Source: Octopus bimaculoides (Eukaryota). Taken from it: a stretch of DNA of 34,870 bases. Position numbers and translations under genes: made by a program. Of the stretch, positions 1 through 9,984 are shown piece after piece. Location: contig NC_068984.1 of NCBI RefSeq assembly GCF_001194135.2, positions 111,112,859-111,147,728 of the forward strand, in the 5' to 3' direction. The notes beneath the pieces are model-generated. The model was not told the DNA's origin and did no database searches. It worked only from the letters and a program-made list of their open reading frames with translations. Each line of letters starts with the position of its first letter. The stretch's first letter is position 1.

Positions 1-323
1 AAGGCAAAAACAAGAAGAAAAAACAATGAAAAACTAACCAATTCCGACGTTTAACAGTAGACGCGTTTCTGGATTATGATTGATAATCAATTTCCTTCAT
101 CAATACTGTATTCCAGTAGTAAATTTGACTATGCTAGCAAACTGTGTAAGCATGAACGAGTAATATTCCACACCGACACAGGTCTGAAAGCATAACCGAA
201 TCCACCTCGGTCAGCCAGTCTAACTGTCCTTCCCTCAAGAAATTACCATGTGCGCGACAAGTGATATCGCAGAGAATCTGCGTATACTAACTGGGAGTGA
301 ATAATTATTACAAATTAAAAGGG
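1..323 (-). mobile_element. PLE-type terminal-repeat fragment carrying a hammerhead ribozyme, antisense to the adjacent PLE body
   Basis: Contains an HHR fold on the - strand (54-109) and ends at a (TA)n tract (324-342) next to a GIY-YIG PLE fragment. The PLE assignment is inferred from HHR plus context. Confidence 0.5.
54..109 (-). ncRNA. Minimal type I hammerhead ribozyme (U3 variant)
   Basis: Minus strand reads ACAGUA-UUGAUGA-A-GGA(aauuga)UUAU-caauc-AUAAUCC-A-GAAAC-GC-GUC-UACUGU. Helix I is 6 perfect bp, helix III is the palindrome ACGCGU, and the GUC cleavage triplet is present. Confidence 0.75.
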
Positions 324-341
324 TATATATATATATATATA

Positions 342-1935
342 CTAATATGGGGATGAATAAAATGAAAGGTTCACAACCTAGAATAAGAGAGGTAATTTGG
401 TTCATTTATCTCTTATGGTAAGAAATTTACCCAAGATGTTCTTTAGGATCCTGGAGAATAACTTCCCTAAAGACCATAAATACTATAGTATTTGCAACAG
501 ATCTTCAATTAAGTTTTCCTTTTCTGGAATGCCTAATTTAGCATCGATTATTGCCTCTCTAAATAGAAGCAAATTAAATAAGCTAAAACAATATGAATAT
601 CCTTGAAATGGAAACCCCGGTTCTGATAAAACTAGTTATAAGTCGGACAATGATAGTGGGACGTGCTCTTCATTCCATCTGATTGTGCCAAAATCCGGAA
701 ATGAGAGGAGTGGAACCATAGATAAGGATAAACTAGCAGGAGCTGTTGGAAATAAATTTAGGGGTGGCCAAAGTAAATTCTGTAATTATAGAGACCCTCT
801 ATTATGTGCTCTTGGCAGGCTCTGTCTATGTACAAACGTATATAAATAGATTGTCAGAGACGAGGACAAACTAAATAAGTTTTATATAGGAAGCACGATG
901 GATTTTAAGGCTAGGTATAGAGCGCATATGAGTTCGTTTTCAAATGAAAAATACTGTAACTCTACTACACTCGCCTCTTATTTGCATGACCTCAAGAAGA
1001 AGAGTAAAAAGTCTTCTCTTGAATGGTCGATTATATCGAGAGCCCCTTACTTTAAGGCAAATATTAGTAAATGTTCATTGTGTATTAGAGAATCCCTTGC
1101 GATACTCAGGTCTTTTGGACCAAAAACCTTAAATAAGTACACTGAAGTAATCCCCTTCTGCAACCATAAGTTTTCCTCCACCTTCTTGAAACAATATAGA
1201 AAAAAAATATATAAAAAAGATAGATAGTAACAAGTATAATAGTTTACTTTAGGGTGATTTGAAACCTGGAATACTGAGTTGGATACTGCAGCCTGTTTGA
1301 CTCTTCTAAAACAGCTTTTTTTTTGTTCCATCATTTTTTTTTCTTCCATTATTTGCATGGGCTTGTCTAGGGCTGGTCCATATTGACTATATAAACTTGC
1401 TCTTATATAAAAAATAGTTTTTTTCTTTTTGTGAATGTCTTGACATTTGTGTGTAATTTTACCCTGACTCTATTGTGTTTAGAATGCAGTGGTGCACCCC
1501 CAAAATGGCCATAGGTGCTGTATTTGCCTTTTGTCTCATGTGTTTTGTGAACTTTTGGATATGGTGAACAGAAATGGATTTTACATGCTGATACCTGTTA
1601 GGTGCTTCTATTCACCTTTGACCCGTGTTTTTGTGATCTCTTGTGTATACTAAACTTGATACGGATTTACCTATTGATGTCTACTGTTTCAAATTATAAA
1701 TTATACCCAAGGCAAGTATAGAACTTTATATTTTAACTCTTATAATGTTAAATCATTTAAAATTTTTAACCGATAGACTATTTTGTTTTACCTCATTTCT
1801 TTATTTACTTTATATCGATCTATATTATATATTTGAATTTTTAATCGTATTAATTTTAACTTGATTTGGAACTTTTATGAAATGAAATATATGTATATTA
1901 TGTTATACCTTTAACTCAAATTTATTATTCTTAAT
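342..1935 (+). mobile_element. Penelope-like retroelement, 5'-truncated (linker + GIY-YIG endonuclease + T-rich 3' region)
   Basis: Translation gives PRIREVIWF (377-403), FFRILENNFPKDHKYYSICNRSSIKFSFSGMPN, CNYRDPLLCALGRLCLCTNVYK (781-846), FYIGSTMDFKARYRAHMSSF and KCSLCIRE...LNKYTEVIPFCNHK, all typical of the PLE C-terminus. Confidence 0.85.
377..1227 (+). pseudogene. Disrupted PLE ORF C-terminus (GIY-YIG endonuclease)
   Basis: One frameshift near 400-415 and in-frame stops TGA 604-606 and TAG 847-849; otherwise open in frame 1 to TAG at 1225-1227. Confidence 0.85.
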
Positions 1936-1949
1936 TTATTTGTATGTTA

Positions 1950-2933
1950 NNNNNNNNNNNNNNNNNNNNNNNNNNNNNNNNNNNNNNNNNNNNNNNNNNN
2001 NNNNNNNNNNNNNNNNNNNNNNNNNNNNNNNNNNNNNNNNNNNNNNNNNNNNNNNNNNNNNNNNNNNNNNNNNNNNNNNNNNNNNNNNNNNNNNNNNNNN
2101 NNNNNNNNNNNNNNNNNNNNNNNNNNNNNNNNNNNNNNNNNNNNNNNNNNNNNNNNNNNNNNNNNNNNNNNNNNNNNNNNNNNNNNNNNNNNNNNNNNNN
2201 NNNNNNNNNNNNNNNNNNNNNNNNNNNNNNNNNNNNNNNNNNNNNNNNNNNNNNNNNNNNNNNNNNNNNNNNNNNNNNNNNNNNNNNNNNNNNNNNNNNN
2301 NNNNNNNNNNNNNNNNNNNNNNNNNNNNNNNNNNNNNNNNNNNNNNNNNNNNNNNNNNNNNNNNNNNNNNNNNNNNNNNNNNNNNNNNNNNNNNNNNNNN
2401 NNNNNNNNNNNNNNNNNNNNNNNNNNNNNNNNNNNNNNNNNNNNNNNNNNNNNNNNNNNNNNNNNNNNNNNNNNNNNNNNNNNNNNNNNNNNNNNNNNNN
2501 NNNNNNNNNNNNNNNNNNNNNNNNNNNNNNNNNNNNNNNNNNNNNNNNNNNNNNNNNNNNNNNNNNNNNNNNNNNNNNNNNNNNNNNNNNNNNNNNNNNN
2601 NNNNNNNNNNNNNNNNNNNNNNNNNNNNNNNNNNNNNNNNNNNNNNNNNNNNNNNNNNNNNNNNNNNNNNNNNNNNNNNNNNNNNNNNNNNNNNNNNNNN
2701 NNNNNNNNNNNNNNNNNNNNNNNNNNNNNNNNNNNNNNNNNNNNNNNNNNNNNNNNNNNNNNNNNNNNNNNNNNNNNNNNNNNNNNNNNNNNNNNNNNNN
2801 NNNNNNNNNNNNNNNNNNNNNNNNNNNNNNNNNNNNNNNNNNNNNNNNNNNNNNNNNNNNNNNNNNNNNNNNNNNNNNNNNNNNNNNNNNNNNNNNNNNN
2901 NNNNNNNNNNNNNNNNNNNNNNNNNNNNNNNNN
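1950..2933. other. Assembly gap (N-run); other gaps at 6330-6454, 8966-8975, 12454-12522, 13987-14758, 19586-19685, 23612-23621, 30718-31680
   Basis: Runs of N. All poly-X ORFs in the track derive from these. Confidence 1.
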
Positions 2934-3350
2934 AAAACTTAAAAAAAAAATTTTTCGGTTATTGTAATTGTGAAATTTTTTCGCCATGAACGGTTTGTAT
3001 TTTTAAACCGAATGTAGTTTTCTGGTGTTATATTTATTTTTCCTGACGATGTGTAAAGAAATTTTGATTTATTAAGTCTCTTAATGAATTCTTTATACTG
3101 AAATATATATTGAAGAAGATAAATATATTCATTTGAATATATACGTTTTTGCGTCGGATCTCCTTTATTATTATTAATATAACCAAAAGGATCAATTCTT
3201 GAAGAGTCTACATAACTTCACTGTCGTTTTTTCTGCTATTTTGGTGATGATTTTTTGAGTTACCAATTATCCATATATATTAAAGTTTACTACCTATGTA
3301 AACATTTTTGTATAAGGTCAAATTCAACTCTTAATTCAAGTTAAATAACC
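2934..3350 (+). mobile_element. T-rich segment, possibly the 3' tail of the upstream PLE across the gap
   Basis: Same T-rich strand bias as 1700-1949 and ends at a (TATC)n/(TA)n tract; no diagnostic motif. Confidence 0.3.
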
Positions 3351-3379
3351 AATACATTTGGTAGATATCATTATATGAA

Positions 3380-3409
3380 TATCTATCTATCTATATCTAT
3401 CTATCTATC

Positions 3410-3499
<90 letters not shown>

Positions 3500-3505
3500 C
3501 ATACA
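3380..3505. repeat. (TATC)n/(TA)n microsatellite
   Basis: Direct reading. Confidence 0.98.
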
Positions 3506-3945
3506 CAATGTGCAATGGGTAAATTGTCGCCATTTTATAATTCTTTTTATTTAAAACATGCGTATTGCTCGTTTTTGATTTTGTCAACTACACTGTATAG
3601 TAGGGTCAGTTAGGCACTGTCTGTGAGAAAAACAGAACCACGATGCAGTTCACTCTGGGAGAAATTTCAAAACGACATGCTGTACTGCTTGGCACCAGAA
3701 CCACCAGTATGAACATTTCTGAGTGTTTGGGTGTCAATCTGAGGACAGTGCAGAGGGTTCAGAAAGAGTTGGATGAGTCTGATGGTGATTACGAAGGTAC
3801 AGCAGCTCAGAAAACTCACTCTGATCATTCTGATATGAAAAGAACTCCTGAATTTGTTGGTGAGATCCAGACCATGATTGATAACGATCCCACCAAGTAA
3901 ATCAGGTCCCACACAGTGACATGAAAGTGTATGAGTTTAATTGGC
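3505..3945 (+). mobile_element. IS630/Tc1/mariner-superfamily transposon remnant (left end + N-terminal HTH of transposase)
   Basis: ORF 3643-3900 MNISECLGVNLRTVQRVQKEL...KRTPEFVGEIQTMIDNDPTK*IR has a paired-like HTH pattern; it starts right after a TA tract. Confidence 0.65.
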
Positions 3946-4339
3946 TTTGATCACTGGCTACTTGATAAAATCTGATATAGATTTTATCCTTACATTCAAT
4001 TTATATATTTATCTATATATATATTCATATACAAAATATGGGGGCTTCATTCACAGGTGATCTAAACGACTTGGTACGCTAGGTAAGAGCTGTAACGGAT
4101 TACCAGGGCTTCAAGGTTATAGCTGAGACAGTAGTTATGGATCCATTGTAGATTTCCCTGCGTTTACTTGTCCTGTTTTCCATTTTTCTCTTATTGTTTA
4201 CATATTTAACTCGTTTGTTTACGCATTTCATGTTGTTTGCACAGTTGGTGACATCCTGTACCCAGATATGCATGCATATATATAGATATATATACACACA
4301 CACATATATTATTTATTATATATACATGTGTGTGTGTGT

Positions 4340-4556
4340 GTGCGTGTAAACGAGTGCCTCTGTGTTTATATCTTTGACCCCTGCCACTTGCCAGCTGGCG
4401 TTGGTTTGTTTATATCCCCATAATTTAGTGACTGAACGAGTAAGTACCAGATTTTAAAAAACATGTACAGGGGTTGATTTGTTCAACTAAAACTTTTCAA
4501 GATGGTGCCCCAGCATGGCCACAGTAAAACGACTGAAACAAGTAAAAGATGAAATA
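4340..4556 (+). mobile_element. SINE family B, 3' half
   Basis: GGTGCCCCAGCATGGCCACAG...GACTGAAACAAGTAAAAGA tail matches the reverse complement of the copies at 13489 and 32743. Confidence 0.75.
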
Positions 4557-4957
4557 TAAATACTTCATTTTATTCTTTTTCGAGTTGTGAATGCCGGCAA
4601 GCATTTATATGCACACACGAAAAAATAACTTTTGCTTTAAAATAATTAAGCTCCACATATTGCCACAGATATTTGAAAGCAACTAATTTCAAGTGTAATG
4701 ATTATTAAAATTAATTATTCAAAGTTATGCAATATTTAAAACGTTGTAAAAAGTTGGAAATATAAATTTGTAATTAAAAAGTATCTGTGATAAATTACAT
4801 ATGGAAATGTAAACATTCTCAATTCATGCAATGTGTGTGTGTGTGTTTGTGTTTATTCTCAGTTCTTTCTCTACTTTTAGTTGTTGGACAATGGCCATGC
4901 TGTAGCACTAACTTCAAATGCTTATTCGATCATATTCACCCCAGTACCTATTTTTAG

Positions 4958-5300
4958 TGAAGGCACATGCCTCAGTGGTTAGAGCGTTAGGCTCACAATC
5001 ATGGAGTAGTGAGTTCGATTCCCGGACCGAGCTGTGTTTTGTGTTCTTGAGCATGACGTTTTACTTTATGTTACTCCACTTCACTCAGCTCTAGAAACGA
5101 ACTGCGACATCAATTCTGGTTCCAAGCTGTATCAGCCTTTGCTTTTCCATTGGATAACATCAGTGGCAGAGAGAGAGGAAGGCTGGTATGCATGGATGAC
5201 TGCTGGTCTTCCACAGACAACCTTGTCTGCACTTGTGCCTCAGAAGAGAACTTCCCAAGTGCAACCACATGGTCTTTCATGACCAAAATTGAGTTTTAGC
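4958..5300 (+). mobile_element. tRNA-derived SINE family C with CORE-like central domain
   Basis: A-box-like TGCCTCAGTGG and B-box GAGTTCGATTCCC, then TTCTTGAGCA...CACTCAGCT..AGAAA (CORE-like); colinear with the copy at 25118-25702. Confidence 0.85.
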
Positions 5301-5359
5301 CTATTTTACCCAAGTAGAATCAAAGAAATTTGGCTTCTAATTATGGAGTGGTTTCCTAT

Positions 5360-5505
5360 TTATGTGTTTATGTCCCCTTAACTCAGCAATTCAGCAACAT
5401 AGACCATCAGAATAAGTACTAAGCTTAAAAACATAAATAAACATTGCGATGGATTTGCTCAAATAAAGGCTGCAGTCTAATGAATGAAACATGATAATGA
5501 AAGAA
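5360..5505 (+). mobile_element. Degenerate SINE family B 3' remnant
   Basis: GTGTTTATGTCCCC...CAGAATAAGTACTAAGCTT...TGAATGAAACA resembles the family B tail. Confidence 0.5.
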
Positions 5506-6089
5506 AGAGAGAGAGAGGTGGGTATATTTTATGTGAGTGCTTGTAGTTGTATATGTGAGTAAAGCTTTCAATATTTCTATGTGTATTCATGTATGTTGTG
5601 TGTACAATTGTATTTGTGCATGTTATTGAGTATGTGATTATTGCATGGTTGTGATTATATCAAGTTTGTATATGTGTATATGTATGTTTTGTGAATTAAT
5701 TTCCTTTTATTTATGCATATTTATTTATCTATCTATCTATCTATCTATCTATTACTGACTATATATCTGTCTCTCTAACAAGATTTGGAAGCTGGCATTT
5801 TCTGCATGATAACTGTCTATCATGAAATGAAAGCAAAATCATGAGGAAGAATTTTTATTGAACAATCAAAAGCAAGGTATTACGATGACCAAAGTTGTAA
5901 GAACTTCTAAAGTTTTAATGAATAAAGTCATGTAAAATGGTTGAACAGACCTGTAAATGATTTTAAAAGGAAAAAGGATCCTTAACGAAATTTTTTGGCA
6001 AAAATTGCACCAAACTGTCCTTATTAAAAGGCCTATCTGTCAGGGAAGGCATGTTCTGACATGGAATAAATAAAAAATTTATACAAGAC

Positions 6090-6329
6090 ATTCTATTGGA
6101 AAGTCTGCACCTTATCCATCTATTGTTTTCATAATCGGTCATAATGTCTTACGTTTAAGATGATTCCCATGCTTTCCCTGATGAGAAGGTTACAATTTTA
6201 ATATCAAAGATCCCTATGGATCACACAGGTTGTAATCCTTTGAAACATATGTAGGAATAAAGTATGCAATTATAACATGCGTTTTCTCCAATCCTTAAAT
6301 TCTTAAATATACTCAAATACCCAAAATTT
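6090..6329 (+). mobile_element. PLE-type terminal cassette containing an HHR
   Basis: AT-rich flank around the canonical HHR at 6174-6257, running into a gap whose far edge is (TA)n. The left boundary is uncertain. Confidence 0.45.
6174..6257 (+). ncRNA. Type I hammerhead ribozyme with canonical core
   Basis: UUCC-CUGAUGA-G-AAGG-UUACAA-[loop with GAUCC/cuau/GGAUC hairpin]-UUGUAA-u-CCUU-U-GAAAC-AUAU-GUA-GGAA. Helices I, II and the palindromic helix III (ACAUAUGU) can all pair; predicted cleavage after 6253. Confidence 0.8.
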
Positions 6330-6471
6330 NNNNNNNNNNNNNNNNNNNNNNNNNNNNNNNNNNNNNNNNNNNNNNNNNNNNNNNNNNNNNNNNNNNNNNN
6401 NNNNNNNNNNNNNNNNNNNNNNNNNNNNNNNNNNNNNNNNNNNNNNNNNNNNNNTATATATATATAATATA

Positions 6472-7273
6472 TCAGCTAAAACCAAAGTCCTAATAAGTAG
6501 GAAGGTAGACAAAACACAGACCCCTTCAGGTAGATGGCCCTGCTCTATCTGTAGAAAAGGTGTAGGTAGAAACTCCATAAGATGTACCCAGTGTAAGCTA
6601 TGGACACACAAGAGGTGCAGCAATATCAAAGGTTGGCTAACTAGCAAGATAGTTTTTGTATGTGGGCGATGCTCAGGAGCAATAAACACTGAGAATGTGC
6701 AGAAAACAACCTTTACCACTCTCCAGGGTGAAAAACTATAAGTAGTTGATAGCTTCTGCTACCTAGGTGACCAACTTTGTAGCGGGGGAGGGTGCACTGA
6801 AAGTGTAGCTGCTAGAATAAGAATAGCCTGGGCAAAGGTTAGAGAGCTCTTACCTCTGCTGGTGACAAAGGACCTCTCACTCAGAGTAAAAGGCAGACTG
6901 TATGACGCGTGTGTACGAACAGCCATGTTACATGATAGTGAAACATGGGCTGTGACTGCTGAGGACATGCGTAAGCTTGCAAGAAACGAAGCCAGTATGC
7001 TCCGATGGATGTGTAATGTCAGTGTGCATACTCGACAGAGTGTAAGTACCTTGAGAGAAAAGTTAAACCTAAGAAGCATCAGTTGTGTGCAATAGAGACG
7101 ATTATGCTGGTATGGTCACGTGGCGAGAATGGATGAAGATAGCTGTGTGAAAAAGTGCCACATATTAGCAGTTGAGGGAACTTGTGGAAGAGGAAGACCT
7201 GGGATGAGGTGGTGAAGCACGACCTTCGAACTTTAGGCCTCACCGAGGCAATTACTAGCAACCGGGACCTTTG
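6472..7273 (+). mobile_element. RTE-clade LINE, ORF2 C-terminal fragment (end of RT with PHD finger, thumb, C-terminal region)
   Basis: AKTKVL...VVDSFCYLGD...RIRIAWAKVREL...RLYDACVRTAMLHDSETW...RRLCWYGHVARMDED...GRGR..WDEVVKHDL..LGL...NRDLW. TAA at 6739-6741 and frameshifts near 7085 and 7195. Confidence 0.95.
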
Positions 7274-8870
7274 GATAGGGAATAAATTCTGCTTATTATG
7301 TACTAACGTATTTAAAGAGATATTATTTGCTAATAAAAAATTGATTAACTCCCACGATGAATGCAATATTAAATGCAGACATAAATTAAATTACTTATAT
7401 AGTAAGTTTAGATAACTAATTAATTTATTTAAACATAGGATTAGGTACCAACTTATAGTTATGATCAGTAGCGTAAAATACATCAAATTAGCTTTAGAAT
7501 ACACTTTAATCATCACAATATTATACAAAATTAGAACATATAACTACCTTTACTTTAAGTATTCCACGATAATATGAGCAGTCTTTTACAATATTTCATA
7601 GCATTATTTAAGTAATATATAATTTTCGTATGTGGTATAGTTATCATTCTGCGTAAATCTGAGAGTTTTAAGTATTTTAGTATTATTAATCTTCAATAAA
7701 CTTTTTATTTTAGGTAGATTTTCTTTTTCGATATTTTCTTTATTTTAGCAATTATATGTATTTACCTCTGGTAATAGACGCCATGTTTATCACGTGATCA
7801 TTCAGTATTAATTCTATGGTGCTCCCTTTTTAGTTTAATCTACGGTAATCGCCGGCAGATAAGTTATGTTAATTTTCCAAGCAATATTGACATACGTCTT
7901 TTGTTACTTTATATACTAATATTTTTTTTACTATTATTTACTTCTTCCATAATGATTTAACTTTTGACTACAAAGTATTCAACGATAATATGAGCGGTCT
8001 TTTACAATGTTTTCTTAGCATTATTTACGTAATATAGAATTTTCGTATGTGTATAGTTATTTTTCTGCATTAATTTGTGAGTTTAAGTATTTTAGTATTT
8101 TTAATACCCTAGAAACTGTTTTATTTTAGGTAGATTTTCTTATTCGATATTTTCGTTATCATTTTACTAATTATAATACGAATTTACTTCTGGGTAATAG
8201 ACACCATATTTATCACGTGACCTTTTAGTATAAATTGTATAGCACACTCATTTTGGTTTTATTCTACAGTTACTCGCCGGCAGATAAGTCATGATTTCTA
8301 ATTTTACTTTTCTAAACAATATTGACATCCGTCTTTTAACTTTATACACTAACACATTTCTTTTTACTATTATTTACTTCTTCCATAATGTTTTAACCTT
8401 GTTCACTATAATACTCTTTGTCAATATTTTTAGATTGTAACTCTTATAATTATATTAATACCGTTAATGTAGGGATTAGTTTACAGATTTTGTCTCTTTA
8501 TATATATTTTTATTTCTCCTGTTTATGTTTGGGAGTAAAATCATTTCCCCGTTCTACTGAACTTTGCTTATGATTTTATATAGTCCTATTTCAGCCATGA
8601 AACGCACGTAGTCTATGTACTAGCACTGACTTTTATACATTTATACTTTCACACTTTATATTATTGTATTAATTTTTACTGTCCAACTTATAATTTTGAT
8701 TTTTAAACTTTTTAAATTATTATTTTTATGATGAATGTTTCTTTACAGGATATATTTATATGATATATTATTTAAATTTAAAATTTTAGATAAATATTAA
8801 TATGGTATATGCCTAACAGCATGGATTTGGATGGGTTCTGAGTTGTAGAGTGGTGGTTCTTCTCTAAATT
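7274..8870 (+). mobile_element. Second Penelope-like element: last ~45 codons of GIY-YIG plus long AT-rich 3' region
   Basis: NKFCLLCTNVFKEILFANKKLINSHDECNIKCRHKLNYLYSKFR* (to 7415) parallels the C..LC..E..IL....LN...E...C.HK end of the PLE at 898-1227; the tail runs to (TA)n at ~8877. Confidence 0.7.
7545..8400 (+). repeat. Diverged tandem duplication, two units of ~416-436 bp
   Basis: GATAATATGAGC at 7568/7984, TTTATCACGTGA, CGCCGGCAGATAAGT and CTTCTTCCATAATG (7941/8377) occur in the same order in both units. Confidence 0.9.
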
Positions 8871-8872
8871 AG

Positions 8873-8907
<35 letters not shown>

Positions 8908-8910
<3 letters not shown>

Positions 8911-9240
8911 TAATGTGGGTAGAAATTGATATTAATCAATTAAAATGAGTGGCTTAGCATTTTTANNNNNNNNNNGATTTGACATCTATATCTAGCATAT
9001 TAGAAATCCACTTTGGTGGTCATTCCTCTTAATTTTCTATATATATATATATATATATAGTTCAAATTTAGAGAAAACAAAAGAGGAAGACAGATGAAGA
9101 AACAAGAAGCAGGTGTATTACATTAACGCTCAGGAAGGATGGAAAAGTATTTGATGTTTTGAGCTTATGCTCTTCAACAGAAAGGATTAAGAGGGATAAA
9201 AATGGAGTGAGAAAATAAATGTGTTGGGTTTAAGAGTTCA
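8908..9240 (-). mobile_element. AT-rich cassette(s) between (TA)n tracts with a decayed HHR
   Basis: Bounded and split by (TA)n at 8877-8907 and 9038-9058; HHR-like fold at 9149-9184. Confidence 0.45.
9149..9184 (-). ncRNA. Decayed minimal hammerhead ribozyme
   Basis: Minus strand CUUU-CUGUUGA-A-GAGC-auaa-GCUC-AAAAC-AUC-AAAU. Restoring two CpG transitions gives GAAAC-GUC. Confidence 0.5.
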
Positions 9241-9449
9241 ACATAATGATACATATATATATAAATACATGTACACAGGCATATATGCACACATGCAAAC
9301 ATGCACATGTATGTGTATTGAGAGGAGGTGGTGGAGTTGGTAGTGCAGGTGGTTTTCATTTATAATATTTTTTCTTTTTTTTTGTATTGTCTGATTACAC
9401 TTTCTAGATAAGAAAAAAAAAACTCTAATAAAGATAATGATAATAATAA

Positions 9450-9670
9450 TCATTTCTAATATAGGCACGGGGCCCGAAATTTGGGGGAAGTGACTAGTTG
9501 ATTACGTTAACCCCAGTGTTTCACTCTACTGGTACTTAGCTTATCGACACCGAATGTATGAAAGGCAAAGTCAACCTTGGCAAAATTTGAACTCAGAACG
9601 TAAAGATGGACAAGATACCGCGAAGCAGTTTGCCCGGAGTGTTAATGGTTCTGTCAGCTTGCCACCTTAA
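9450..9670 (-). mobile_element. SINE family A
   Basis: GAAAGGCAAAGTCAACC...AATTTGAACTCAGAACGTAAAG...GCCACCTT is the reverse complement of the family A copy at 21433. Confidence 0.9.
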
Positions 9671-9683
9671 TAATAATAAGAGC

Positions 9684-9975
9684 TCAGATACCCCAAAATG
9701 GCAGAAATTCAGAAGATAGTGCTCATGGGAACTGCCCATATCCTATGTAAAATACTATCTATGTAATCTCAAATTTTAAAACAAACATAATTTTCTTATA
9801 GTTTCTTAAACATTCTCTAGAACAACACTGTGTACAAAACCAAATATATGGCACCCTAGGCATAACACCAACATTTACTTCTAACTTGTTATCTCTTGAG
9901 GTCTCTGGGTGAGACTTGGAGTCAACTTATACAAATGCAAAGCAAAAGTCAAACAAAATAATGATAATAATAACA
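9684..9975 (+). mobile_element. R4/Dong-like non-LTR retrotransposon 3' end
   Basis: PKMAEIQKIVLMGTAHILCKILSM* followed by a 3' UTR and (TAA)n; flanked by TAA repeats on both sides. Confidence 0.75.
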
Positions 9976-9984
9976 ATTATAATA

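Noticed and set aside
1940-2989. Long ORFs spanning N-runs (also 13750-14865, 19259-19810, 30574-31729)
   Set aside because: They exist only because N codons are not stops.
3040-3125. CTGACGA...GAAA and TTAATGA...GAAATATATATT as possible HHRs
   Set aside because: No convincing helix II or helix I pairing.
4057-4244. AG/GT-bounded 26-nt segment and a 162-nt intron-like stretch on +
   Set aside because: Stops in all three frames; it could only be UTR and nothing else supports it.
7773-7810. Minus-strand HHR-like fold AAUA-CUGAAUGA-UCACGUGA-UAAAC-AUGGC-GUC-UAUU
   Set aside because: Catalytic G12 is absent, the core has an extra base, and the second tandem unit does not keep the core.
8565-8615. 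CTTATGA...GAAACGCACGTA in the PLE tail
   Set aside because: No helix I or II complementarity; at best an unrecognisable relic.
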